64,000 bases of DNA from Eremomyces bilateralis CBS 781.70. Taxonomy: Eukaryota. Position 1 is the stretch's first letter. Each line of letters begins with the position of its first letter. The position numbers and the translations under genes were made by a program. The notes under the pieces are model-generated. The model worked only from the letters and a program-made list of their open reading frames with translations. It did not search any database and was not told the DNA's origin. The stretch lies in the NCBI GenBank assembly GCA_010015585.1, contig ML975155.1, one strand, 5' to 3'. Shown here piece after piece: positions 1-11,962 of this stretch.

Positions 1-1508
1 GGAGGTTGGTGTTCAGATTGATCGGGAAGCTCGCTGTGGACGGAACGGGGGATGGGGTGTAGGATCGCAAGTCCGCATACGACTTGGCCGGTCGCAGGTT
101 GGGACCGGGTCCGAGGCCGGCAGGAGAGTCGGGATATCCACCGAGGAGTCCCGATGACTGGCGGCCGATGGTGTTGTAGAATCCTTCCCCGGCGCGCACA
201 TCGGTGAAGTCGGTCGTTGCCGCTCGGTTCAGCGTGCGGCGCGGGTCGACGGAATGACGTCCTGGAGGGCTCATGTTGCCTCGATTCATGTTTTCCAATG
301 CAACCCGAGTGACGACCACCCGGCGGCTGTCCCCTTCACCCTGGGAGTTATGCGAAAGCCCCATGTGGTGGGCAAGGGTGTGAACCACACGTCGTTCGGT
401 CGGAGCTAGTTGAGGGGAGAATGAGATTGTGTCTCGGCTGAGGTCCTCTTTGAACAGCAAAATTTGTGAGTAGTATCGAAGCACGGTAGGGTCATTCATA
501 TCCACGTCTGGTAACGCATGGTCAGTATGTTTACTGATAATGGATGCCGCGTCTGATATACCATGCACGAGATTTCGTTGGTTCACAGGTGATGGAGATG
601 TGGTCGGCAGGTGTCCTCCTCCGAGAGAGGACAAGGAGGATTGGTTATGGAGTTGCCCAGCGGGCAAGGGGCGATGCTGTTCTTCCAGCTGGCCTCTCCG
701 TTCTCGCTTCTCGCGCTCGATCCGTTCGCGTTCCGCAATGGGAAGCATTTTCTTATACTCGACCCGCAACTTTCGCCCCTGGAGTTCATAATGATTCAGG
801 TGCTGAATCACCGCCGCCGTCTCGTGGGGGTTCGTGAAGTTGGCAAACGCCAGTCCACGGAACACTCCGTTGTCGAAGTGGTAGTTGAACGCATACGGAA
901 GCGGCAAGCCAAGGTCGGTCATCAGCTGCACGAGCTGTTCCTTTTTCACGGCAAACGGAATGTTCTTGATGACGATGGCGGTGGGAATGAGTTCATCGTC
1001 ATTGGAACCGAGATTCATGTCGCTATTCGGGCGTTGAGCCATCGAGAGCGGTGGATTTCCAACACCGCCAAAATTGGGAATGGGTGCTCCGATGCCCGAT
1101 CCTTCCATCCATGTCTGCAGCGTTATATCAGTGAAATGTTCATGCCGAATCTCCTCGATCCTCAAGGTGCAAACATACTGTTGGAAGTCCGGCTCGGCCG
1201 CCTCGATGCATGGGGGGGTTTCTTCGCGAGTTGATCGCAGGCATGGAACCGGACGAAGGAAAGACTCCGTTCCAGGTCTGGTTGTCCACCAGGTCGTAAT
1301 AACCGGGCTGCATCGTGGGATTCATCCGCTCATTGAACCGGTGCGCAAAGGGTTGCGCATTCATGTCTTCGGGGATATACGTGGCCGCGGCTTGGCCGTA
1401 CGCATCAAACTGACGAGATGGTTGCCGATGAAGAGTCTGATTCGGATGGCGGAGCGAACCAGGGGAACGCGAGGCCGGGTTGTCAAAATAATCGTTGGGA
1501 TTATTCAT
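1..1508 (-). CDS. PIN4: RRM + R3H domain RNA-binding protein (Pin4/Cip2 family); 3' end runs off the window
   Basis: ATG at 1508. Introns 1115-1178 (GTATGT..CAG) and 508-561 (GTATAT..CTGAC..CAG). The spliced product has an RRM (IPTAIVIKNIPFAVKKEQL...FRGLAFANF...GRKLRVEYKKMLP) and an R3H motif (ERRVVHTLAHHMGLSHNSQGEG). Confidence 0.9.
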
Positions 1509-2157
1509 GGTGACGCGATGGGGAAGGGAGGTCGAGTGCAGGACGATGGAGGGTAAGAATGGGGGATTCTTGACCTGTCGTCCTTCTTCACTTCAACGAG
1601 GGAAAGAGCTTGGATCCCAATGGACAAAAGCCGTTCAAAACGAGCAGTCGGGCTGCAGCATGAGCGGACTCGCTTCCGACCGAAGTGGTGGGTGCAGTGG
1701 AGGGTTAGGGAGGGTAGAGAGCAGAGAAAGAAAAATGCCGGGTAGAAAAGCGGCAGCAAGAACAAAGGAGGAGGAAAATGAGGGAGTGGACCACCAACAG
1801 GCGACCTGTGCCGTGCTCCCTGCAGCGGTGCGGCGAGGAACGACACACCTGGGGCTAATCAGGAGTGCAGTTAGGTAGAACCACGGAACTGCAGGATCGG
1901 ATGGAGGGAAGTGGAGTGAGTGGTGCAGGTGTCGAGACTCTCGAGGGAGGGATAAGGGGGAGGAGGAGGGAGGAGGAGGAGGAAATAATGAGGTTGTGAA
2001 GAGAGAAAGAAGGGGGAAAAAGCCAGTGGAGAAAAGATGAGCAGGTGATGGCTGAGAGGGAGAGGTGTGTGTGTGGCTCTTCTCACTTCTGTGTGCGTGT
2101 GTGGGCTGCTTGGTGTGGTTCGGGGTGGTTGGCCTTGTCGCCTGAGGCCGAGTTACT

Positions 2158-2188
2158 GTTAGTTGGAGTTAGTTGGAGTTAGTTGGAG
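2158..2188. repeat. 10-bp tandem repeat (GTTAGTTGGA)x3
   Basis: Read directly from the sequence. Confidence 0.85.
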
Positions 2189-2219
2189 GCGGTTGGAGAG
2201 TGGATTGATCAATCAATTA

Positions 2220-2259
2220 ATGGGCAACATGAATGGGCAACATGAATGGGTAACATGAA
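2220..2259. repeat. 13-bp tandem repeat (ATGGGCAACATGA)x3, one mismatch
   Basis: atgggcaacatga atgggcaacatga atgggtaacatga. Confidence 0.85.
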
Positions 2260-4499
2260 CAGCAGCAACTCCATCTCGACTCTCGAATAAAAGTGACAAT
2301 AGAGTATTAGAGTCCAATAGGAATAGGGATGCAGTATTGCTTAATACTGTCGTCCACTCAATCCACGCGTTGCATGCTGATGGTACCCGACTCAACGGGT
2401 TGGGGGGATTTTCCATTCATGGATTCGAGACGCAGCGTGGGTGGAGAACGAGGGTCTGGTAGGCGGAACGAAAGAGAAGGAGTGATTAATACCGCTATTA
2501 ATTACGATATAATTATGGCAATGTACCTGATCCCTATTAATGATAAAATTCCATCAAATCTGATACCACGATGTACTCTCCCCCTATGTACCATCGTGGA
2601 TTCGTTAAGCATTCTCGCATTTCCCTTATTCCTACGATGGGCCGCGATTCAGGAAATGCTTGCTAGATTGCTGCCTCTCACCGTCTTCCACCGACCCACC
2701 GCCCGTCCCGACGGCTTTCGGTGCATTCCATGGCCTCGGAATCATCTTCGAGGCGATTCATTGGCACTGTGGCCCTCATGCAGTCGGTTCCGCGGGTGGA
2801 ATAGCCTCAGGTGCTGTAGGAGGGAGGACGAATCAACCGGCGCCGACCCACCGCAGCCGGTACTCCGCCATGGACGATTCAGATCCAGGCCGCGGATTAT
2901 CGTATTACGGTATTAGCTTAGGAGCATGCACCGAATAAAGTCAGAGCATACCGTCAGAACTCCTGCGGCCGACCTGTCGACCGCCCATTCCGTCGTCATG
3001 ATAGGCCACCCGTTCATCGTCTGGTTTCAAGGCGTGGCCGCGAACCTCCTCGAATGTTGAACCCAAATGTAACCTCACCCTGTCAAGCAGCATCCGGGAA
3101 GGAGGTCGGAGTGCATGGTGTATCAGTTCATGGCAATATCCCCATGGCAATATGTCCAAATGCGTCGGATAGCGCGAATCCATAATGTCATTTATTAAGT
3201 CGGCTTGCCTCGCTGACTCGCCCGTGGTTGGCTCTGATCCCCTCCCATCGTGCCAATAGCAATGCCGTCCAAGGGAGCCCGGTAGGTATCATGTACTCCT
3301 TATGCTCATTGCCCGTCCGTTGCATTGGAAGATGCGGGCCGATACGCGGCCGCCGGTGTTAGCGCGGCACATTATTGACGAAGATCTAATAAGAAGCCCT
3401 GGATGATTTGCTTCCGCTTCTACATCATCGCGGCGAAAGTATTGCCAATCAGCAACCAAACCCCCGAGAAATTGGGCCGTTCCGCCGCGACTCGGGTTTC
3501 TCCTGAACATTGCATATCCGCGATATCCGTCATCTCCATACCCGACGGCCTCCACCCTGAACTCAGGATGCGCATAAGGCAAAGACGTGGAATGAAAAGG
3601 TGAGTTGGATGCGAGATACCGCGATGAGATAGGCGGTTTCGTGTTGGGAAAGGATCTATCAGGATACAATCATCTCATCCACCAAACTTCAATCTTCATA
3701 CCATATACGACACTTTTTTCTCCTACGCGCTTGCTGCAGATGAACGGACAGGGCTAGGTTCACCATCGAGAAATAAATGTACCCCTCCGTCAAAATGTTG
3801 ATGCCCAACATGCAAACCACGGCGCGATGCAGTAGCGAAGATGCAGGCGGAGTGCGTTCAACACATTGCCTGCTCGCCCCTGTTCGCATATCACGAATCC
3901 GCGCTTCGTGACCTGCAGCGCATCACATGCTGGAAGGGAGGGTGCGACCGTGTCTCAGTTGTCGGCCATTTTACATGTTCAACTACCAAGAAACCCATCT
4001 GGAATTTTCTGCTGTGCCTCCTATCACCAAGCGGCAAGATAGCCAGTCGGTGGGGGATACTGTGTGGTGCTGCGTAGTGAAAGGAACGTGTCTATATCAG
4101 AACGGCTACTGCGGTATACGTCCAAAACTCCCAATCAAGAGTGAGAGGCACAGCAGCGCACCCTGACCGAACCCCGGGCTTGACTGGACGCCGCCGTTCC
4201 AGTTGTCCGACTTCTCGCATCAAATGCCAATAACGTGATTTGTTGACGAGCCCATTCCCAAGCTGCCGGAGCCGTCGCTTGCAGCGGCCTGCGGGAGCCG
4301 GGAGGACGTTGTGCACCAATGTCTGCATTATGGGCCCCTGTTTTTGGCGATGCCAGGGGAGCGAGATGCCTCGCCAAAGCTCCGATGTGATACCTCACAC
4401 AGAGAAGGGCATTCAATCGCTTCAAGGTAAGGAAATTTCCCTCGTACACTCAGAATAAACAAGGCCAAGCGTAGTCCAGGACCTCGACGGTGAGTCCTT

Positions 4500-5843
4500 T
4501 CACACAAAGTCCACCAACCGGCTCCACTCCGAATACCCCACCCTCCTGAATTCCACCCCTTCCCCAAAGTACCCGGCGTCACTCCACGCTTTCATGGTCG
4601 CTGCATCGTAAGGCCCATGCCTCGCTCCGTCCTCTCGTCCGTCTGACCACCGATACTCCCACTGCGCAGCTTGATCGGGGCCGTTCGGCGCGGATGAAGT
4701 GGTCGGCTCGACCCACGGCTCTCCCGTCTCCCTCTGATACTGCCGGATCAATAGTTCGCGTTCTGCATCGTAGATCTCTAGCTGCCCTCGAGTGAGGAGC
4801 TGGTCGGCGGCGGCGGTGATGGCTTCGACGGCTTGCTTTCGCTGTGTCTCCGCCGGATCCTCTTCTTCAGCCCCTTCGTCAACGTCCATAGCATTGCCAT
4901 TCCTCTGCTTCTTCTGCCATTTCGGCTTCTGCTTCCCCTTGCCCTTCCCCAACCGCTGCAGCGCTTCCAAGATGGTCTCCACTGGTTGTAGGTAACGGAT
5001 CAGTCGCGCCAGGATGTCGCTCGTAGGGACCGCATCGTCTTCCCTATCCCGCCGCCGTCGATCTTCGTCGCGCTTCTCCTGTGCCTCCCGTGCCCGTTTC
5101 ATGTCCCGTTTCGAGAGTCCCTCCAGCCAGGAGTCGTGAACCGCGTTTGGGTCCACGGCGTTGCGAATGAAGGCGCCGTTCGCGTCGAATTTCCCCTCTT
5201 CCGCCTCCTCCTTCATGTTGAATGCCTCCAGGCGTGGCGCGTGCTTCTTCTTCGACCCGGCTCCGAGCTCCTCATCCACCTCGCTCCCGACGCGGTCCCG
5301 CTCCTCATCGCTCCCACTCTCACTGCTGCTCTCAACGTCCTTGACCCGCTCCTTTCCTTTTCCACTAAGGAGAAAATCCGCAGAGACATGCCCGCCCGAC
5401 TTGCTGTCCGCGACCTGGCCCTGGATGGCCTGCGGGTCCAGAAATCGCACAGTCTTATCCCTCTTCTTCGCGGCACGACTGAAGTCGTCTTCCCCCTCCT
5501 CTTCCTCCTCCTCCTCCTTCTCCGACTCTGCGAACAGATCCTCCTCGACCTCGGCGTTTTTTTTTGCGTCCTTCTCCCGCTTCGCCTTCGCGTCGGCGCG
5601 CGCGTCGAAATTGTCGTTCGAGCTATCCGACTCGTAGCCGTCGATGTTCACGGCGTTCCGCTTGGGCTGCCCGCCCCGGCCGATTTCGTCGAGTTCGAGG
5701 ATGGCGTCTTCGTCGTCGGCGTGCGCAGCGAGAACGGATGGGTTGCGCGCGTCGAAGCGCGGCTTCTTCGCGGTGGGCTGGGAGGATTTGAACTCGTCAT
5801 AGGCGCGGTGGAATTCGCCGCCGGCACGCTTTGGTCGGGGCAT
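4500..5843 (-). CDS. LIN1: GYF-domain U5 snRNP-associated protein (Lin1/CD2BP2/Snu40 family), 447 aa, intronless
   Basis: LEAFNMKEEAEEGKFDANGAFIR..DSWL block, LQPVETILEALQRLG, and a C-terminal GYF domain (QWEYRW..HGPYDAATMKAWSDAGYFGEGVEFRRVG). Confidence 0.9.
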   Translation of the reverse strand: MPRPKRAGGEFHRAYDEFKSSQPTAKKPRFDARNPSVLAAHADDEDAILELDEIGRGGQPKRNAVNIDGYESDSSNDNFDARADAKAKREKDAKKNAEVEEDLFAESEKEEEEEEEGEDDFSRAAKKRDKTVRFLDPQAIQGQVADSKSGGHVSADFLLSGKGKERVKDVESSSESGSDEERDRVGSEVDEELGAGSKKKHAPRLEAFNMKEEAEEGKFDANGAFIRNAVDPNAVHDSWLEGLSKRDMKRAREAQEKRDEDRRRRDREDDAVPTSDILARLIRYLQPVETILEALQRLGKGKGKQKPKWQKKQRNGNAMDVDEGAEEEDPAETQRKQAVEAITAAADQLLTRGQLEIYDAERELLIRQYQRETGEPWVEPTTSSAPNGPDQAAQWEYRWSDGREDGARHGPYDAATMKAWSDAGYFGEGVEFRRVGYSEWSRLVDFV

Positions 5844-6113
5844 GATGCTGACAGAAGACGATAGCTACCTGTGATTCAATGTGGTAGATACGTTGTTGAG
5901 TGGCTCTCCAGGATAGACAATAAAGAAATGTGTTGTTGGAATAATGACTAGTCCGGCTTGAACAAAGACAGATTAGATGATGGTACAGAGTATAGGGCTT
6001 AGATAGCGACTAAGTAGATAGTCGGATTCGTCAAATTCGGTGCTGGTAGGGAATGTCTCCAATCATGATTGAAGCGTGAATAATGACTGAAGACTGGTTC
6101 TGGTTGAGAATCT

Positions 6114-6207
6114 GGAGCTCTGGACGTCCTCCCCCGAAGATGGTGGCGCTATGATCTGCACGTCATTCGCTCAGGTGCCTGGAACTTCTGTCACCTCTGA
6201 GAGCTCC
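6114..6207. promoter_or_regulatory. Putative Rpn4/PACE-type elements in the divergent LIN1-UFD1 promoter
   Basis: GGAGCT at 6114-6119, GGTGGCG at 6142-6148 and AGCTCC (reverse GGAGCT) at 6202-6207, upstream of a ubiquitin-proteasome gene. These are short motifs; function is inferred. Confidence 0.4.
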
Positions 6208-6403
6208 TGTCCATCTACAGACTACAACACAACCATAGTGTTTTGGAATTATTTAACACGGAGCATTTATCATCCACTCAAGAAGTTTGCTCTTTAAGCC
6301 GGACTACAGCTTCATCCGTCATATTCGACCTTACTTATTAGAACCTCAAACTGATAGCCTATACCTTGAGCCCGTTCGAGTCCGAATCCACCAAGAATTA
6401 GCC

Positions 6404-7681
6404 ATGGTATGGATCAAGGAAGTAACACTACGGTATTCTGACTGACGGTTGAGTCTCTAGTCATACTCCGGCTTCTACGACGAAGGCAGCCCGATGGGCA
6501 TGTATCAAAACGCCATGCTCGGCCGGCGCGGAGGAGCGCCGCGGCGTTTCGACGAATACTTCCGATGCTATCCAGTGGTCATGCTGCCCGGGCCCGACCG
6601 AGAAGACGCCAATCATGGCGGCAAAGTGTTTCTTCCTCCAAGTGCCCTGGACAAGCTCACCCGGCTCCATATCACCTATCCGATGCTCTTTGAACTGGTG
6701 AACGGCGCCAGAGATCGACAGACCCACGCAGGTGTGCTGGAATTCATTGCCGAAGAGGGGAAGGTGTACTTGCCACACTGGGTGAGAAGACTATGATAGA
6801 TGGGCCACGGCATTGTGAAAGCTAACATGGAGCAGTTGATGGAAACCTTGCTGCTAGAACCCGGCGACCTTATCCAAATCAAATCGACCGATCTCCCTCT
6901 AGGCTCCTTCATCAAGCTCCAACCGCAATCCACCGACTTCCTCGAGATTTCCGACCCCAAGGCCGTCTTAGAGAACGCGTTCCGTAACTTCTCTTGCCTG
7001 ACCACCAACGACGTCTTCACCTTCTCCTACAACGACAACATCTACAGTGTCGCCGTCCTGGAAACGAAACCAGAGAACCCTAAGAAGGCGATATCGGTGT
7101 TGGAGACGGATCTAAGCGTCGACTTTGCAGCCCCCGTCGGATATGAAGAGAAGATTGCCGCCGAGAAAGCGGCACGTGACGCCGCCAAAGCCAAGGCCAG
7201 GCCAGGCATGGCAACCGGTAGCAGCAGCGGCACCTCTACCCCACGAAGCGGTTTTGGAGGCGCACCTCTGGCGAATGAATCCGGAGTGGTTCACCCACAC
7301 GGGACCATGGCCCAAGCGATCAACTACCCGTCCATCGCTCCGAATCGCACCGGACAAGCACCGGGAACGTCCACGAGCTCACATTTCCAATCTGAGGGCC
7401 GCCGTATCACCACGAGGAAACCCGGCGCTGCAGAATCATCTGCAGCATCTTCGAGCACTGCCCTGCCGATCGCACCGCCCGCCTCGTCTGCCGCCGCTAG
7501 CCGGACGCATGAAAATGGACCGCTGCCACTGCGGTTGCCGGAGGGCAAGCTCTTTTTCGGGTACGGCATCGTGCCGGTGAAACAAAGTGCCGACGGAGCC
7601 GAGGGGGCCGGGGACGATGACAAGAAAGGGCGGTTCCAAGGCGCAGGGATGAACCTGAGGAAGAAGAAGGGGGGGAAGTGA
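6404..7681 (+). CDS. UFD1: Ubiquitin fusion degradation protein Ufd1 (Cdc48 cofactor)
   Basis: Exons 6404-6406 (ATG only), 6461-6781 and 6836-7681. Introns GTATGG..CTGAC..TAG and GTGAGA..CTAAC..CAG. UFD1 domain: FDEYFRCYP..GGKVFLPPSALDKL..THAGVLEFIAEEG..KLQPQSTDFLEISDPKAVLE. SHP-like FQGAG motif near the C-terminus. Confidence 0.95.
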
Positions 7682-10663
7682 ACGATGGTTCCAGGAACAG
7701 CGATCAGGATCGCCTTCGGGGCAAAGATGCAGGGAAATGATGGGATGAAAAGGGCGATTTTTTGGAGCTAAGACCATGATGATGAACTATAATGGCTGGA
7801 ATGATCATATGGCAGGTGACTCTGGCGCAAGGGGGTTCTCCAACATCCACGTCATGCATCACCAGCAAGGTCGGAATTGAGGCTGGAGTGGCTGAGGTTT
7901 CCAGAATGCAATAGTCGAATGAATTATGACTGAGTAGTAAGGTCAGCATGGCATGACTCTGCACAAACGGTTCAAAGAAGCTGAAACTTGGGTGGGGATG
8001 ATAATGTCGCGGAAGAACTCGTCTCGTTGCAGTAAGATCATGAACCGTACCTCCAGGCCCCAGCCACTAAACTAGCTAGATTGAATCTAACCTTGAGCAC
8101 CAACCAGGGCTCCAGGTGATATAATCTACAACTTCGGCTACTGTAAACGTGAGTATCTGATGATTCTATTAGACTAATACTTTGTGAAATGGATTATTTT
8201 AGGTCCGCGAATATTGAATCGACGTGGACCCTGGACTTCTGACGATTGGGCAAGACTGTCTGCTGCTATCAGTTCACCTGGTTGGGCCTGAGAGGCATCG
8301 CCCAACCCGTTCGAGCCGATATGGAATCTATGGAAGTCCTGCGCATCCATGAGGGTTGGCTACTATCTATAATTCGTCTCGGATTGGCCCGGTCCTGGGA
8401 TCAGGTACTTATTCATCCAACGGCCAACCCACTTCACCGACCGCCATGGATGATCGAACCAGGGGAACGAGATACCAAAACGGTATGGGGAGACTAGACG
8501 AACATAGTAATTGATACTCTATTGGATAAGGCTAAACTGGAAGTAGATATTAATAGGGGAGAACATGAAAATAGACCGATTGAGTCACGGGGGATGGGCG
8601 AACGGCGAGCCCGACAATGGGGAACTGGGGAACGATCGGTGGAAGCTCCGATACGAATTGCGTCAGTCCCTGCCAGGATACCTTGCTCCTTGCTGTTTGC
8701 GAGAACGCGAGTGGACTACCCTTGGCCGCATCCCGGTTTATGAAATCGCGGTTCTCCACTCGTTCTGGCCGTATATTGGATGTGACCGTCTTCCGCGTCC
8801 TTCCCGTGAGAGGGGTGGAGACGACCGATTACAGAAGAGAGGCAGAAACAGGCCGCAGGCGTCAAGGTTGCATCGAACGACCCTCAGCCTCATTCTGTCT
8901 CCGTCACTGGCCGTGAAGCTGTTGAAGTATCGAAGTCAAAGTGTCGACGTGCTTACTATGAGGTGGAGTAGCCCGTATTGTGGGAAGAACATCACGAAAC
9001 CAATTACGTGTTCGTACCTATACAGGCTATCATATACTTGGTATGGAAATAGGTCTAGACCGGATCGTTAGCCGAGAGATTACAGTGAAGAAGGGCGACC
9101 GCGAGACGGAGACTGCGAGACTATTCCTGTTATGAAACTGCACGTGAAGGCTGTGTACTGTACCACGTGTAGACGGATGTTGTGGCATGAACTATAACTT
9201 ACCGCCTACAGGTAGTAGATAGTAGCAATTTGAAGGACTCGGTCAGTAATGAAGCATCCGTGGCGGTCAGTGAGATGTGGCTGAGGCCCCATACTAACCC
9301 AATACGAACAGGTGGGAGGGTTGGAGTGGGCCGGAGTGGGTGGCTGGCCTATAGGGCGTCCAACCAAAACTCGAGACTCCAACAACATACTCCAGCATCC
9401 CCTTGCTAGCGCCAGTTGGTTGCCCCCCCCCTGGTCGTTCGGTCACAGTTCCTCCCCGCCAGTTGACCGTTGACTGCGCGTCCCGCCAACGACACCCAAC
9501 TCTCCTTACGGTCATGACTTCACCTTCTCTTTCTCATCCTCCGTTCAACGTTTTCCTCATCCGAAAATACCGTCGTTTTAAGCCATCATTCCACTACCGA
9601 CTCTTCTGTCATTCATCCGTCCATGCTCGTGCGTCAACTTGATGCACGAATCCCTGGTCAGCATCCGGACGACCCTTCGTTCATTCGACCACTCCAGACC
9701 GAGACCGGTCACTGAAGAGCAAGCCTGAACTCGACATGGCCAGACTATCCCTCCTCGTCATACTCCATCGCCGGTCAATATGTGCGGTGACTCAAAGCGA
9801 CGATAGCTCGATCTGTTAATTCCGCAGCTTTTCCAGTTCGTCATCTTTTCAGCAGGACACGATGCACACGACTATCGAGACGATGGTGTGGTATGACGGT
9901 GGTTCAATCCTGTGCTTCCATCAGGTGCGCTCAGCACCAGTACGGTCCAATATCCCGGAGTATGAACTTCTCCCTATACCGTAATCGGAAATATCTCTCG
10001 CATGAGCCGAAGCCATTCCTTCTAACTTGATCGTTCAATCCGTATGGGTGGGCTGCCACATCGATTCTTCTATCTCCACCCACCAATCTGACGCCTCTCT
10101 TCCTTGCTTTGCTGCCTCGTACTGCGCCTCCTGTGGGGGCCTGCTTTCTCTGGCCTTCTCCCATTTCTGTCTTGGACCTTTCTTCCTCTTCTTAGCCATG
10201 TATTTGGAACTGCAGGAACCGCCATGTGGGGTTTTACATCAGTCATCCTTGCCTGCCGAAAAGATGACAGCCTGGACGGACCACCTCTTCATGGCTTTCT
10301 CGCCTATCATTTAGCTATCCTCTTCGCTGTCGCCGAAGTCTTGCACACAAGAATTGATGTCCTGGCATATAAGAGGCGCGGGCGGTAGACTAATGCAAAC
10401 ATGGCCGGTGGTCAATTCGTTTCATACCTCACTGTCTGTTTTCACATTAATATCCTCATCCATATAACCTCTTCCGAGTCTCTCATTAGGCATCTTCCCA
10501 ACAGATATAGCGCCGTGCTTTTGACTCATATCCTCTCTGAAGCTTGCTGGACTCGTTTTTCGGAATTCTTAACACACCCCTTCCTGTCGTCTGGACTTAT
10601 ATCTCCGATCCACGTCAATTCGATCCCCTTGGCCTTTAGTGGCAGCCACTACCCTCAATCATC

Positions 10664-10810
10664 ATGTGCATCCGAGTCGTTGAGCGCTTCGCAGTCTGCG
10701 GCTGCGTCTATCATGTCCACGGCGTCGATGCCTGCGCTGCGTACGGGCAACATGCCGTCGCCGACCATACCGTTGTCGTCGGCCACGCATGTCCTAGACA
10801 CACAAAATGA
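10664..10810 (+). CDS. Putative 48-aa Cys/His-rich microprotein MCIRVVERFAVCGCVYHVHGVDACAAYGQHAVADHTVVVGHACPRHTK
   Basis: ATG in good fungal context (caatcatcATGtgc), TGA at 10808-10810. Third codon positions are C/G-rich like neighbouring genes. 5 Cys and 6 His in a regular pattern. Below the 60-aa cutoff of the ORF track. Confidence 0.7.
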   Translation: MCIRVVERFAVCGCVYHVHGVDACAAYGQHAVADHTVVVGHACPRHTK

Positions 10811-11962
10811 GGAACCCCCTAAGGCCGACGTTGACCGTCGGCCACGAAACTTCTCCTAACGGCCGCGCCTGGAACTTCCGAGGGATGAAATCGTCGCCTT
10901 GCGTGGGACTTGTTCGCGACCCGCACCCGAAACCACTCCGCGGGAACGGAGCGGACTCGACGCCTCCGCTCACTCATATGCTTCTTGCTTGGACGAATAA
11001 CGAAGGGATGAGGTCTATGCCGCTGACGCCAAGATGTTAAGTCATGATCGGCTACGGCCAGAAGTGAAGTCAACCGAATAGAATTGAGGTCGTGGAGTTG
11101 GAAATTGGACCCACGGGTTGGGGCATTTGGAAAGAATGCAATCATGAGCGATTTGGGTGGGAACAAACGAAGTCCCGACAAGTTGGAATACAGGATATAT
11201 ATCCCAGCTCTTGTATTTTATATGAATTGAACATGTTTCATGGTCTCCATTCTGGTGTCACTCCAAACACATGGTCTACTCCAAATGGCGATGTTTCGGA
11301 ACCTTTCAAGTAAATCAAGAAACCCGATTGAAAAGACTGCCCGTCCAAGGGCATCCAGCTATATAGGCATCCATTTTCCGGGCCGAAAGGCTCATTCTGC
11401 GTTTGCCCTCCTTCGCCGCAACTGTGCCGCCACCCACCGCCGATAAGACAGGATCCAGTCCACGCCCGTTCCGTTGGGCCCTATCGAGTCACTAGGAGAC
11501 CGGTCAACCGCATTGCACTCTACCATTGCCTCATATGGGTTAGGAACATGGCACAGCACATCGGTCCTCTCGAGTCATGGAGTAGAATACGAGTCCAAAG
11601 CGCAAGGTTAGGAAAGCAGAATAAATGGTGCCGCGAAGCGGTTCATTCAACGAACTGAAATTCAGTCCACCTATCTATTCCGATCCATGCATGTAGAAAA
11701 CTCCGTCTCCGGCGTGAAGGAGTCCCGTCGCCTGCTCGCGGACGGAATCGCTGCACGACAGGAAGGCCTTGATAACCAGCCTCATGGACGCATGAAGCCG
11801 AACTCCGCGCTGTAAAATCAGAACAAGGAACCGTTCCTCGACGCGCCGTCCCGTACGCCATAATGGAAACCCCGCCATATCGCCGTGACTAAGGATGAAA
11901 GGAAATATGCTTCTCTAGCCGTCTGACAAGACAGTAGCTGGAATTAGCGAAGCCATCATCCC

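Noticed and set aside
611..1556. 207-aa and 160-aa plus-strand ORFs
   Set aside because: Antisense to the PIN4-like gene; no recognisable motifs.
5136..5864. 242-aa and 158-aa plus-strand ORFs
   Set aside because: Antisense to the GC-rich LIN1 CDS.
7777..7895. ATGATGA...CTGA as a C/D snoRNA
   Set aside because: Lies in the UFD1 3' region; no terminal stem or rRNA-complementary guide recognised.
10401..10859. 152-aa ORF and its internal 48-aa MSTASMPALRTG.. ORF (ATG 10713)
   Set aside because: Overlaps the Cys/His microprotein in another frame. Its Ser/Pro/Thr/Ala bias is what a shifted-frame shadow of that ORF would give.
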